Shown here: positions 35,829 through 48,930 of the stretch, one piece after another
Position numbering within the stretch: the stretch's first letter is position 1
Layout: each line of letters begins with the position of its first letter
NCBI GenBank assembly: GCA_013239625.1
Contig: MU053881.1
Coordinates: 4,671,957-4,735,956, forward strand
Direction of reading: 5' to 3'
Source of the DNA: Lama guanicoe
Taxonomy: Eukaryota
Length of the DNA: 64,000 nt
The notes under the pieces: model-generated
The model's database searches: none
Seen by the model: the letters and a program-made list of their open reading frames with translations, nothing else
What the model was told of the DNA's origin: nothing
Made by a program: the position numbers and the translations under genes

Positions 35829-37983
35829 CAAGGCCTTGACCTTGACTCTATCAACATGAGCAAGAATTAATCAGTTTATTCGCTCCGTGTGCTCCTTCTT
35901 CTGAGAAATATCTGTCCATGTTTTTTGCCCATGTTTCTATTTTCTTTCCTTATTGATTTGTAGGTGTTCCTTTTATCCTCTCACTACTCATCTTCGGTTG
36001 TCTGCGTTACAAATAACTTCTCTTACTAAGTTTTCAGTTCAATTTATCGACGGTATCTTTTGATTAACAAAGCACACGTCAAAGGTTTTTTATTTGCTTA
36101 CATTTGTTTTAGATGCAATAAGAAATGCTAGCCTCGATTTTAAGCAGATTCACTTGAAGGGTTGTTTCCCAGCACCAATTATCTTCAGATACGAGGAGAA
36201 CCTGCAGTTCAAAATCAAACTTTCCTTCAAGTCAGTGCAAGATACCGATTTTTTTTTAACTCTGACTTTCATTCTCCCGCCATTCTAAATCAGCACAAGG
36301 AAATAGCGCAATATCTGCCCTAGGGATGGGCCAGATCAGATAAACTTAACAGCACTGGTGTTTCTCTTACATGATACAGTTTGCCTTAAAATTGATCATT
36401 TCTGGCAAAGATCTTCACTTTACTATATGTTCCTTCTTGGGAGTTAGAAAACACTCTAGTTACATCAGTATCACGCTTAAAAATCATCATGTTAGCCATT
36501 TTCTAAGATTATCTATGAGAAACAAATCTTGTCATATGAGTTTCCAGTGTAGAAAATAACGTATCATCTTTACGCAAATTCTACAAGTACATTGGATTTC
36601 ATTCACCATCAGGCACTAAAAAATTTTTATTTCTCCAACCGGAAGAGAAACAAAGTTAGACCCTTATCTCATATCATGTAAAAAAATTAATTCTTAACAA
36701 AGTTCTAAATGAAAAATAAAACAATATTAGAAGAACATTTTTATTACAGGAGACCTAGAAACTCCAAAAGAAAGAAAAGGCAAATCTAACAACGTAATAT
36801 TCTTAATTTTTGAGGGTGCAAGCTTCTTAACTCAATTAAAAGTGAATAAGCAATAAGGACATTTAACCACACAGAAAAGAAGTAAGGTAGATTCTGGATT
36901 GATTAATTGGGTTTTCATTATGTCATTGAGCACCCAGGCTCTATATTTTTTCACTCTGCCAACCTCAACTTTGGCTTTCGTCCTCTGGCTTGTCCCAAGA
37001 TGCTACAGCTTCTGCAAGTGCCACTCTCCTCCCTCAACAGTGTCCAGAGGCAAAAGAAATGGTGGGCCAAATTTGACCCAAGGGCTGTAGTTTGTGAACT
37101 CATTGTCTAGTGGAAAGATTAATATATAAACAAAGATCTTACACTGGCCTGCAGACATGTTTTGTTTGGCAAACCCTGGTTTTAAGCAAGACATTCACTT
37201 TCTAATTGACCACAATCCTCACTATTCCCTATTACCCCACACCATGTCATGCTCACATTTACTGCCGTGACTCCTGAGTAAAGGTAAAGGTTATTTCACC
37301 CAGAGTTCCAGGAAACATCCATGTGCATATTTATGGCATCTCTGGGGACAAAATTTTTGGTACATAGATTTCATTAACAAAGACCATGCAATGAAACTTT
37401 GTTCCCCTGCAATCCTTTGTATACTTTGGGACCACAGACACACACATGACTTAACGACACACATATGACTTAACTGATTATCTGGTCACTGATTTTTCTA
37501 GGCATGCAGTCCAGAGGAGCCCCATGATAATCCTTTCTCGGGAGTGATCAACAGCCCTGAGTGGTCCCTGTTGACAAGCTCCGTGGTAACCCAATCTCTA
37601 CATTCTGCTGACGAGCCACACTCCCGTGGTTTATGAGCTCAGTGGAATCCCTGAATAGAATTATACCCTTTTATTGAGTCCTGAACCATATATTATCATG
37701 AATACTAAACCATTTCAAATGGTCCATCCCCTCTGCCTTAAGATTAGACAAAGCCTTCAGCAATTACCCTTCTCTTTAAAGAATGTGTTTTCTTTGGCAC
37801 TGAATCCCGCTGAAACCTGATGTGCTCGGGCCTTCTGCATTTACCTCCAGGCTCTGAGCTAGGCTGCCCCCAACCCACATCCCCACATCAGTGTCTGGGG
37901 TCATTCAGACAAAGACCACTGGGAAGCTAAACATCTCCTTTCCCATAAAGAAGGATTAGCAAAAAGAATTAAAAGCGTGGGTT

Positions 37984-38319
37984 TGGGGGAGGGTACAGCT
38001 CAGTGGTAGAGTGCATGCTTAGCATGCACAAGGTCCTGGGTTCAATCCCCAGTATCTCCATTAAAATAAATAAATAAGGGGGAAGGGTATAGCTCAAGAC
38101 GTAGAGCACATGCTTAGCATGCACAGGGTCCTGGGTTCAATCACCGGTACCTCCTCTAAAAATAAATACATAAAGTGAATAAATTATCCCTCCCCTCCAA
38201 AAAAATTTTTTTAAATAAATTAATAAATACACCTAATTACCACCCTCCCCCATGCAAAAAAAAAATCTGAGTTTAAGAGAAAGCATTACAGTAGTAAATG
38301 TTAAAAAAAAATTCAATAA
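37984..38319 (+). mobile_element. Camelid tRNA-Ala SINE (outer) with extended 3' tail
   Basis: Head 37984-38062; tail cctaattaccaccctccccc resumes at ~38230; TSD taaaagcgtggg (37970-37981) / taaaagcatggg (38320-38331). Confidence 0.85.
38078..38212 (+). mobile_element. Camelid tRNA-Ala SINE nested in the A-rich linker of the outer SINE
   Basis: Second head ggggaagggtatagctcaag...; TSD aaataaataaataa (38064-38077) / aaataaattaataa (38213-38226). Confidence 0.85.
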
Positions 38320-38664
38320 TAAAAGCATGGGCTCAACTGCAGAGGGCACGGTTACAACCCTTACAAAGAGCAGCAGCCCTCAGCCACCTGACATCTTCAG
38401 GTGATGTTGAGCACTGGAGAAGCATGCTTCTAACCTCCATGAGTCCAACGCTCTTCAGAAGGTGGTGCTTTCTTCAGTGATTCTAAAAAAGGAGACGTGC
38501 TGTTTTGTTTTGTTTTGTTTTGTTTTGAGTGAAGAAGTATTTTTTATTCAGAGAGATACACTGAAAGACAAGAGAGAAGGCCACGAGGTGTGGGGGTTGG
38601 GTGCTCAGATGAAAAGTAGGTACGCATTCCATAGACAGAATGTAGGCCAGGAGACACGCTATTT

Positions 38665-39710
38665 ATTTTCATTCATTCAATAAATACCTATTCGGCCTCT
38701 GCCATGTGTCAGATACTGTGCCCGCCAATGCAGATAGAGCAGGGAATAGAAAAGATCCAAATGTAACAGGGACGTGCGATGTTAAGGAGGAGCTGGAAGT
38801 AGGTTATAAACAGATCACCAAGTTCATGATGTGAAAGTGACTCATCATAAGCCACATGAAGGGAAAGAACAGAATGCTGGGTGTATGAGTTCCCTGCAGC
38901 TGCTGTAACAAAGCACCACACCACACACACAAAAGTTCAAAATTAAGGTGTAAGCAAGGCCACACTCCTTCCCTCCCAAGGCTCTAGGAGAGGATCATTC
39001 CTTGCCTCTTTCACCTTTTGGCGGTCCCAGGGAGTCCCCCAGTCTCTGCCTCCACCTTCACGTGGCCATCTCCTCTTCTCCCCATGTGTTTCTCCTGAGT
39101 GTGTCTCTTAAAGGACATTTGTCACTGGAATTAGGGCTCGCTCAGATAATCCAAAATGAATTCATTTTGAGATCCTTCACTTAATTACATCTGCAAAGAT
39201 GTAATTTTTCAAAATGGGTCCCATTCACAGGTTTCAGAGGGAGCCTGTGGAACCTGAAGTCGGGAGTCACCATTCAACTCACTACACTGTAAGAAATAAT
39301 AATGGGATGATTTATTTTAGATCAGAGGGCGTGGGAGGTCAGAGAAGGCCTCTGAGGAGATGAGATTAAAGTGAAGACTTGAAGGATGAGGAGGAACAGC
39401 CCACGCAGAGTGGAGGAGAGTGTGGTATCCCCAGACCATGCAGGGGGATAAGAAAAAAGGCATTGCCAACTGAGGGCACAATCTATGCAAAGGCACTGAA
39501 AGTTACTGAGTTTACAGCCCCCTAGAAACCGAGAGAAGGCAAGTGGGCCCAGAGCAGAGTGAGGAAATTGGCCAGAGATGTCCTGGGAGGGGTGGGCAGG
39601 GGCCTATCCTGAAGTCATAGTAAGAAGATGGCATTTTACCTCAAGTGCAACATAGAGCTGCTTTAGAGTGTTAAGCATAAGAACAGCACGGTTAAATTTA
39701 CATTTCATCT
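38665..39710 (-). mobile_element. L2 LINE interrupted by an MLT1 LTR
   Basis: ttcattcattcaataaatacctatt terminus; ggtcagagaaggcctctgaggagatgagatt...tgcaaaggcactgaa. Confidence 0.75.
38882..39285 (-). mobile_element. MLT1B/C-like LTR
   Basis: tgtatgagttccctgcagctgctgtaacaaagcaccac...ttaattacatctgcaaaga...caccattcaactcactaca. Confidence 0.8.
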
Positions 39711-41175
39711 GGAAGATATTTTCCAAGAGCATGGCTGGCCTCAGGTTAAATTGGGACTTACTGCTTTTATTGTGGTCTTAGCAATAAGAAATGCATAGTA
39801 TTTTATCATTTACACCACAACATGCATTAACTTATTTAACAGAAAAAAAAATACACATCAGGGCATCACGTGGTCCAGTGTCTGCCTGACATCTCATTTT
39901 AGGAAGTGCAGTTTAGAGATCAAAAATAATTAGAATTCCAATCTGTCCTGGCATCTCTTCTAGAACAGCAAAGGGAAGCTAATTCATAATCCATCCCAGC
40001 ACTTAATCAAACCCTCCTCCTTCCCCATTTCTCTCCTCCACGTCTCTCACCTCTTCTCAGAGCTTCCTCAGCAGCCTCCCTCCTCGTGCCCAGCTCTGAC
40101 CAACTTCCCATCAAAATCTCTCCCAAAACCCTAGCCAAAGGGTCTTGAGTCCTTCACCTCCGGAATCCAGCAGGCAGACCCACAGCCTCCCTCAGCAGAG
40201 AGAGGAGGGAGAACTTGAGCAGCCAGGGACAGACTCCAAAGAGAGAGAGAGGCATTGGCAGCAGGAGTATAAATACAATTTCATGTCTCTTTTCACACAC
40301 AAATTTTTAAATTTTTAATTATAAGCTCCATGAGGGCAGAAACTGCATCTGATCCATTTTGCATCCCCTGCAATATAGAGCTGACCTCCCTGCACAAAGG
40401 TGAGACAGAATGATAGCAGGAGATTGCCTGAGACCGTGAATCCTTGCTCTGCGATCAAGCATTCCTCCCACATCATCCACAGAGTCCCTACGCTGAAACT
40501 GTCTGGTCTTAATTAAGCTTTGGCGACATCTGTCATGAGTGATTGGCGACATTTTTCCATCTACTCATCACTCCTAAAAATGGACTAGTCCCTGCTAGGA
40601 ATCGACAGACTAAGGCCGCCTGGGGCATAGGTGAGGGAGGGGGCAGGAGTCATCTGGGGGGTGTGTAGAGGGGAGGGAGAGAAGCAGCTGCCACACCAGA
40701 GACCCTGCTCCAAATGGCAGGCAGTGTGGACAGCAAAATCCCCTTCCACCAGAAGGACGTTCTACCAGTGAGACACGACCCTGCAAGGGATGGAGGACAG
40801 CAGAGAGAGAAGGTCTCCAGGAAAAGCTTAGAACGGTCAGGAGGCTGCATACTTCCCCATGGACGGCAGGCTCCCCTGGGGCAGGAACTGCGCTTAATTC
40901 AACCTTGTACTTCCTGCCGCCCACCTCCACCTCCTGGCTCATAGGCTCCCAGCCTGGGATCCAGCGCACTGTGAAGCTGGTGGGTTGGGGGGGAGGTGAG
41001 CTGGCTGGTCTGTTAAATGAACAACTAAAATCTCTAACAAGAGTCTTCCCGAGAGCTGCTCCTCTGAGACTTGGCAAAGGGCCACATGGTCACATTCACT
41101 CCTGCTCCCTTAAGCCAACCCTCCCCCCAGCTTCCTAGGCGGAGAAAGAAGATTCATGATTTCTTAGAACGCCAG

Positions 41176-41994
41176 TGTGGAATAATAAAAAATATACACA
41201 GTATTTGGTCTTTGTCCTGGGTGGTTGGCACAGAGATCCTAAAACCCTTAGAATTTTCTGAGTGACAGGAATGTCTTTTGTTACCATAATGACTTCCTCT
41301 GACCACAACTGAAATTATGCTAATGAGGTGACCTTTGGCAGACCCATTAGAAAGCTTCAGGATGGCAGCTGGATGCCAGAGGAACCAAACACAGGAGTAG
41401 AGGGCTGGAACCACCCCACCCTGGAGAGCCCCGACCTCTGGAGAGGGGAGAGGGGCTGCAGATTGAGCCCTGTTAACAATGGCTGATGACTTAATCAACC
41501 GTGTCTATTTCTATGTGATGAGACTTTGATAAAAAATTCTGAAGCACAAGGCTGGGGGAGCTTTCAAGTCAGTAGACACATGGGTGTGACAGATGGGTGG
41601 CACTCCAGAGATGGCCTGGAAGTGCCATCTCCCCCACACTTTGCCCTATGCATCTCTTCCATTTGGCTGTCCCTGAGTTACATTCTTCATAATAGAACTA
41701 TCCTTGTAAGTACAGCATTTTCCTGAGTTTTTGAGTCACTCTAGCAAATTAGGAAACCCAAATGGGGATGAGGGTCATGGGAACCCCAAATCTGCAGCTG
41801 GCCGAGCAGGAGCACAGATAGTCTGGGGGACCCCATCGATGACTGGTATCTGAAGTGGGGGCAGTCTTGTGGCACTAAGCCCTTAACCCGCTGAGGTCTG
41901 TGCTAACTCCAGTAGTGTCAGAATTGGACTGAACTGTAGCATAACTGGTGTCAGAGAATGGAAAAACTAGTTGTTACTGGAGAAATGAAACACA
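41176..41994 (+). mobile_element. MER21-like solo LTR, near full length
   Basis: tatttggtctttgtcctgg...tatgctaatgaggtgac...ccctatgcatctcttccatttggctg...tctgaagtgggggcagtcttgtgg. Confidence 0.85.
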
Positions 41995-42199
41995 GAGAGA
42001 CCCTAAAGATGCTCACCAGCTGTCAAGAGGTGCACATCGAGCCATCCATCAGAGCATCTTACTTGTGAAGACATTCTCCTGCTAAGCTTGCACGACCACC
42101 TTAACTGCATCCTTTCTAATGTTTTACACTCTTCACTTAAATCCCTCTTCAAACACAAACATTTTTAAAGCACCCACTATGTGTAAGGTGCCACCGGGG

Positions 42200-42838
42200 A
42201 GATGGTACTCAAACGTTTAAGCTCAAATTGCTCCTAAAAGAATTCGGATACACTCTGTAGGCCCCTGCACATTTTTATCATAAATTTAAGTAGTACAAAA
42301 GATGCGATTCTAACTGCATTGTAAATATTGAGATTTTTATAAAATATAAACCTGTTACATCACCCTTTTAAATGTTTCCAATGGAATCCAAATGCCACAG
42401 CAATCTGATACCCACCATCAGTTAATTTTTTAAAAATACATGAACAAACCCTTCTTTATGAGTCAGAAGTTTACATTTTCCCTTTTCCTCCTTGAAATCA
42501 TATTTACTTTAACTTGCAGGATTTTATTGTACTATAATTTTTATACTAGAAAGTCTTTTATTAATCATCCTGTCCTAATCTCACCCAGGGAAAATGTCTA
42601 TAAACTGGAATTCTAGTTCACTTTTTGATTTCTGCAACCATCAGGCTCTGAATGTTAACATTTTTTTCCTTTGGACTGAGCTAAGGTTGCAATTAGTATT
42701 TGTACACATTTGGTCAAGGCAATGTGGATACATTACAAATTTTGGTGTATATGTGTTACATGTACTCATTCAACTCATTGAAAATAAATGACAGTCAACA
42801 TGAGGGTTTCACAGGCGTTAGTATGTTGAATGTCACTG
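42200..42838. mobile_element. Probable hAT-Charlie DNA transposon relic
   Basis: AT-rich body with hAT-like ends (ggtactcaaac... / ...ttgaatgtcactg); family not resolved. Confidence 0.4.
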
Positions 42839-43179
42839 TTTAGCACCTCAGGGGGGCTGAGTCTTTCTTTGAGAAAGTGAGAGTGAAGTACCTGGAAAGA
42901 GTGGGAGCAAAGGAGAACTGGCCTCCACAGAGGGTGCATTTTTGGGTAGATGTGTTTGAGGAAAGGCATTTAAGTGGACTCCTTTGGAACTACCTTTGTT
43001 CGCACCTCTTTGCAAAGTTCTCCCACATCCCCAGGGATAACCCCAGTAGCCCGGGTCTGAAAATCACACCACAGGCAGTTCAGGTAAGAACAAGACACAG
43101 CTTCAGTCTTGAAATCACAAGCACGCCACCTGAGATTAATAACAGTAAAAGAGCTAAAGAATTGTTCAAGACAACAGAA

Positions 43180-43648
43180 GTGCCAGGCAGCAAAATGGTC
43201 CCCAAAGTTGTCCACATCCAAATCCCCAGAACCTGTGAATGTGTTACTTTACGTGGCAAAGGGAAATGAAGCCTGCCAGTCAGCTGACCTTAAAATAAAA
43301 AGATTATCCTGGATTAGCCAGGAGAGGCCAGTGGAATCCCCACGGTCCTTAGGAGTGGAAGAGGGAGGCAGAAGAGGAGGTGAGAGTGATGCTCTCCGAG
43401 GAAGCACTCAACCCGTCCTTGCTGGCTTGAAAGTCGGAGCCCGTCTTAGCTGAAAGAAGCAAGGAAATGCATTCTGCTTTGGAGCACTCCCCCCCACCAT
43501 CAAGGAACACAGCTGTGAAGACACCTTGATTGTAGCCCAGTGAAACCATGTCGGATTTCTCCCCTGCATGATAAGATAATAAATTGGTGCTGTTTTAAGC
43601 CACTAAGCTTGTGGGAGTTTATTACAGCAGCTGTATAAACCTCATACA
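43180..43648 (+). mobile_element. MLT1D-like MaLR LTR
   Basis: aatggtccccaaagttgtccacatccaaatccccagaacctgtgaatgtgttactttacgtggcaaaggg...gttttaagccactaag. Confidence 0.88.
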
Positions 43649-43879
43649 ATACAGACCCGTTCTCCCACACAGGAGAACAGGAGCCTCGGGACCTCAGAAA
43701 GGGGCGCCCACTCCCGCTGGGGGTGGAAGGGTGTGGTGAGTAAGCCTGGCCACACCCAGCCCCGTCCAGCTTGGCCTGGGATGCACTGCCAGTCTGAGGA
43801 CACAGGACACTCCGCTACTTGCCATTACTGTCCCCATATCCATCCTGGGGCCCCAGCAGGTCTGAATAAAGGCAGGATT

Positions 43880-44145
43880 CTCGTGCCTCTAATCCTCACA
43901 ACAACTTCGCAGGGTGTACTGTCATCTCCATTGTACAGCTGAGGAAACTGAGGCTCAGAGAAGTGGAGGATTTGTAACTGGCAATGGCTCTTCCATCCAT
44001 TATCCTGGAAGCTTTTCAAAATCCAGATTCCTAAGCCCCTCTGCAAACCCTCTGAATAAGAATCTCCAGGCACCTCCAAGAATCAAACCCAAGAATCTCT
44101 TCTCCAAGTTCCCTAGGGGGTAGGCAGGCTTGGGGACCACTGCTC
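43880..44145. mobile_element. MIR fragment (-) followed by MER5-like MITE
   Basis: aatcctcacaacaac...cagctgaggaaactgaggctcagaga; tcctggaagcttttcaaaatccagattcctaagccc. Confidence 0.65.
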
Positions 44146-44624
44146 AGTGTGGCTCTGAGTCGCCAGGGTAAACTCTCACGCCTGCATAGAGAACAAAGGT
44201 AAACTGATACACGTGAAATTCTGAAGGCTTTATAAGAGCCAGGCAGGGGCTGGGGCAGAGGTTTTTACGGGGAAGAGACAGAAGCAAAGCCAAGCAATCA
44301 TTTAACTGGCCGCACCGTGAACGGCTGCCTCCATCAGGAAAATCTTGTTACTTGGCTGACAGTTGTCCTTGAGTTTCATTTTCTCAGATTCGAGTACATC
44401 TAGTTGGCTGTTTATAACCAGCTGTTCTTGAGTTTTGTTTTCTCGGATTCGAGTGTGACTCAAGCTCAGGCAGGCCACCCAGGGCACTAGGGCCACCCCA
44501 GTGTAATGGTCCCCTTGTCTAACCACCTTAACAACAGGCAGCCCCCAAGAGCTGCCACCTGCCCTCACCTCAGTGAAGGACTGTTACCAAAGACTGGCCC
44601 GGGGAGCCGGCGCCCTCTCCACTA

Positions 44625-45000
44625 TGTGGTTCTCAGCCTTGACTGCACGTTAGGATCACCCCGGAGGAGAAAAAAATAAAAAGCCCTTCTGCCTGGGGCC
44701 CATGACGATCGGGGTCGGGCAGAGACATCAGTGGTATGTTAAGCTTCCTAGATGATCTGAGTGCACAACCAAGGTGAACAATCACCACACACACTGTACT
44801 CACTATAGACCAGACACTGTTCTAAGTGTTGCATCTATGCCTATTAATTTAATCCGTACAACTACAGTATGAGATAGATAGAATTATAAGCTTGCTCTTA
44901 TAGATGAGGAAACTGAGGCACAGAGAAAGATTTGCCCAACATCACAAAGCTCACAAGCAACAGTAGCAGGACCTGAGCATAGTTAGGCTCCAGCGTCTGG
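44625..45000. mobile_element. MER5B-like MITE followed by MIR (-)
   Basis: gtggttctcagccttgactgcacgttaggatcacc; tagatgaggaaactgaggcacagaga. Confidence 0.7.
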
Positions 45001-45984
45001 ATGCTCAGCCACTGCCTGCTTCCCTGGGAGGCGAGCCCTGCATCCCCCTGCCCCATGGCCAGGTCCCAAGGGGTTCATATTCCCCTGTAACTGCCCCGGG
45101 GTCGGTAAATGCCAACGGCAGCAGACTGTCCGTCCATCCGCTTGCACCTGGGCTGAAAGCAATCTCCGGTTGCAAGAGAAAAGTCAGGATGAGGAGATGC
45201 TTTCCCCACCCACGTTCTAACTGCATCCTCCCCGCCCTTCCCGCAGGAGTGCACAGCTGGGCTGCCCCAGGGTGCAGCCAGTCCAGCTCACTGCCACCAC
45301 ACAGTCACCTCCTCTCCACTGAGAGTGTACATGGGTCCTGTGTTTCTTCCTGGAGAAGCCACATTTCATCTGATTTGAAATATGATGTTCTTTCAAAAAT
45401 CATTTTAAAACATGATGGACAGACGGACATTATGAAATGGAGTAGGGGGAGCTGTTGACGGAAAGAACGCACAGTAAGTCCCATCTGGTACAAATATATA
45501 TGTATAGACACATTTAAAACCGGAAAGATACACACGAAGATGCTGACAGAAGGGCGACTTTTGTCCTGACTACCTGGGTATTCAAAATATTTCACAATGA
45601 ATTTGCATTACTTTTGAAATAAGGTAGGAAAAAAATCAAATATTTTTTAAGCAATGGTCTGCAATAAATTAAGATGTCTGAAATTCTAACCAAAAGTATT
45701 TTTGTATCTAATCCTATATTAGTGAGGGTTGCTAAGGAACCATGTGATGCAAATTAGGAATAATCCCAACTCTTGCTCAAAGGGGTGAAAACAGAGACAG
45801 GCAGGTAGGCAAAAGCCTACGGACTCGAGAAAGGGATCAGGAGGACCAGGTCTAATCTTGCTGGCTCCTTCCTCTGCAGACCGTTTGTTCCCCAAAGCAC
45901 AATCACTTGCATAGTTGAGTGCAAGAGCCCAAGACAACCAAGAGTCTCCCCAAAGAATAGTCAGGGACAGGAGGGAACGAATCA

Positions 45985-46195
45985 TCACTAGTATTTATCA
46001 GCTACATCCGTGTGCCAAGCCCTGGGCTCAGCACTTATTTAATTCTCAACAATACCTCAAAAAGGTGGTGATGTTATTGCCCCATTTTACTGACAAGGAA
46101 ACTGAAGCACAAAGATTGAGGTGACCTGCCCCAGTTCACAGCCCATCGGTGCCAGAGTTGCCCTGCGAACCCAGACAGCCTGATTCCAGATGCTG
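45985..46195 (-). mobile_element. MIR SINE
   Basis: tgtgccaagccctgggctcagcactt...cccattttactgacaaggaaactgaagcacaaaga. Confidence 0.85.
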
Positions 46196-46487
46196 TGAAA
46201 TGCCCGCACGCCCAGAGGGGGCATTCTGGTCGGAACCGAGAACAAGACTCAAGGGCAGCTTTCAAAGCCACGGCAAGAGTGAGAAGCAGTGGCCTCTCTT
46301 CTTAAAGCCGAATGAGAAAGAGGGAAGGAAAAAGATGAAGGATTAATAGTTAAGAGGGCAGAGAGAAAAAGTATGAGATTTTAAGTTGGCATTTGTCTTC
46401 CTAATTTCTGCTAGGTTTACTCCTTCTATAAATCGAGTCTTCTTTGATGTTTATGTTCTGCTGCTTAATAAAGGAGCTGCAAGGTGA

Positions 46488-46632
46488 GCGTGTGTCCACG
46501 CATGTGTGTGTGTGTGCTCGTGCTTGGCCATGGATGGTGTGTGCACGCGTGCGTGTGTGCATGTGGAGATGCACATGTGTGTGTCCGCACAGGCGAGGGG
46601 GTGTGCATGCATGCACGTGCGTGTGTGCGCAC
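46488..46632. repeat. ~145-bp degenerate alternating purine-pyrimidine (TG/CA/CG) tract
   Basis: gtgtgcacgcgtgcgtgtgtgcatgtg...gtgtgcatgcatgcacgtgcgtgtgtgcgcac. Confidence 0.85.
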
Positions 46633-46669
46633 CAGACCATCACCAATGAACGCACTTGTCTTTTCCCAG

Positions 46670-47130
46670 CAGCGACCTGGCCTAATTGCCAGCAAAATTC
46701 CTCATTGGAAATAAACAGCCTCCGGGGAGCCGGCCCTCCACCCCTGGCTCCAAGCAGCAGCAGAGGCCTCCTCCTCTGCCTTCCCTGTGCCCACAGAGCC
46801 GCAGGGACAGAGCACCTCAGTCCGAGTTGTTGACAAACTGACAGCGAGCGGGGCTGTGGCCGGGGAGTGGCCGGGGCAGGCCGGGTGGGAGTGCCAGGGG
46901 CAGTTAGTGGCCACTCCTTTCTGGCCTGACACTCTCGCCTTTCACACATTCCTCGGATTTGGAAGAAGAAAAAAGCTTGCTTATTCCCCTCTCCCTGCAG
47001 ACGCACAGGGTGTCAATGACCATCACTGTCCAGCATAGCACGGCAGCCCCCAAGTGACTGGCCCGCCGCCTGCACGCCAAGAGGGAGGCTGCCTCCCCGA
47101 CCCCTTCTTCTGCCGGGGTGGGCGATTTAA
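46670..47130. promoter_or_regulatory. GC/CpG-rich putative enhancer or promoter
   Basis: TAATTG, AAATAAACA, TGACAaacTGACAG, three ggccggg units; no repeat recognised here. Confidence 0.4.
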
Positions 47131-48704
47131 CCCACACATTCTTGAGCTGGGCTCTTCCGGCTGTGACAATGGCCACAATCTCTCAAGTGTGTCCCACAGA
47201 TGGTACTGTTCTTGCCCCCAAATGGGGGGGGGTCTCACTTTCTGAGCCTCTCTCGGAACCAGGAAAATAGCAGGAAAGTGAGACTTGATAGAAACTTCTT
47301 AGCAGGCAGGGATCTTCCTCGCCTCATCCTCACATCATCAGTAACCTCAGAGCACATTGCAAGTACTAAAAAAAGCAGTTTTGCAACCTTTCCTCGACTC
47401 AAGACAATAAGCAGAACCTTCCCCAGAGTCAGCTTGCACAAGATTCCACCTTAACGGGAGGGTGAGAATCACCCAGAAAACAGGTCAAAAGGAGAGGTGC
47501 CCTAAAGAGCAGCCTCTCCACAGATTTCGGGCTGGGGGGCAGCTGTGTAGAAGTTGCCCCCCTCCCGGGAGATCCTTGTCCCATCTGTAAAGCCAGAGAA
47601 CTCTGGGATCATTTCCAAAGCCAAGGGGCAAGTGTAAGAAATGGAGAGCAAATTGCAGGAATGGAGTCTGGAGAGCATTTAGGTTATTTTTTAAAGCATC
47701 CAGAAGAAAGGTGTCGGTTCCGCAAGGTGAATTGCAGAATAAGAACAGGTCAGTGGACAGCTGATGCAAGGCATGCGAGCTAATGCAGCGGGCGACCAAG
47801 GGGGCGGGGAGCTGATTATTAGACCCGAAGGAAAAAGAGTTCTCGAGTGAAGGACTGTCAAAAGTCCAAAGTGCACAGATGATCAAAATTATTCCTTCAA
47901 ACCTAACTGGGGTCTGCTCTGGACCAGGCCCTGGGCTGCACATTTTCCGAATGAGAACAGGTGCCAAGAGCCAGCCAGCTCACCAGGCAAAGCGAAAAAT
48001 AAGACGGTCCCGCCATCTCCCTCTGACTGTGTCTCTCCACCCTTTGGGGAGGAAGCCAGCATCCCACACCCTCCCAGGCGTCGTCCACTCCCACAGAGAC
48101 CAGTGATCAGATCCCCCTACAAATAAGGGGCAGGACTGGAACCCTGATCTCCTTAGATCCAACTCATTGGTGGCACCATTCCACATGCAGAGAATGCTGC
48201 CTGGTTCCTGGTGCCCTTAAACTTACGTTTGCGATAAGACAGACTCCGATCAGCACCCACTCGTAAGTGGGGCACCATCCCAGGCTGAAGCCAACACCAC
48301 TTTTCACCCATAAAACTGTCATGATTCCTGGATCCCTCACCCCTCATCTGAAGATGCAGCACGTACTCAGAGACCTCCAAACACTTCTTGGGGCCTGTGT
48401 GCCAAGCACTGGGCCATGAGGGATGAAGTTGTAAATGCCCTACACACCCTGCCAGTGAGACCAGGCTTCACCCTGTAGGAACGGTACAGGGGGTGGAGGG
48501 ATTGTGGAAAGACCCTAAAGTGCTAACAGAGATCAGATTTGCCTCTTAAAAGGGCTAGTCTGGAGCCACATATGGATTAGAGGGAGCAGAAAGCTTGCTA
48601 CAGGGCACTGTAATAGTTCAGGGGACTGAGGACAAGGGCCAAACCGAGGTGCAAACAGCCAGCCATGGACTCAAGACATTATTTTTATAATTAAAAAAAT
48701 GCCC

Positions 48705-48930
48705 TTCAGTAGATGGATAGTGATAATGATTACATAACAGTGTGAATATACTTAATGCCACTGAACTGTACACTTTAAAAATGGTGAAAATGGGAAAGAG
48801 GATATAGCTCAGTGGTAGAGCACGTGCTTAGCATGCACAAGGCCCTGGGTTCAATCCCCAGAACCTCCATTAAACGAAAAAAAAAATTTTAATGGTGAAA
48901 ATGGTAAATGTATATTTTACCACAATTTGA
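48705..48930 (+). mobile_element. L1MB-like 3' end
   Basis: gatggatagtgataatgattacataacagtgtgaatatacttaatgccactgaactgtacactt...tattttaccacaattt. Confidence 0.85.
48794..48890 (+). mobile_element. Camelid tRNA-Ala SINE (short form) inside L1MB
   Basis: gatatagctcagtggtagagcacgtgcttagcatgcacaaggccctgggttcaatcccc; perfect 14-bp TSD aatggtgaaaatgg (48780-48793 / 48891-48904). Confidence 0.92.

Noticed and set aside
37438..37476. Short tandem duplication gacacac(at)atgacttaac; also aactcaattcacac x2 at ~34763-34791
   Set aside because: Two-copy slippage duplications; not an array or CRISPR-like structure
46401..47006. 201-aa minus ORF with His/Thr-rich stretch
   Set aside because: Artefact of the CA/TG tract and GC-rich DNA
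47790..47812. cgaccaagggggcgg as a CTCF site
   Set aside because: Only the 3' half of the core aligns; equally a GC box
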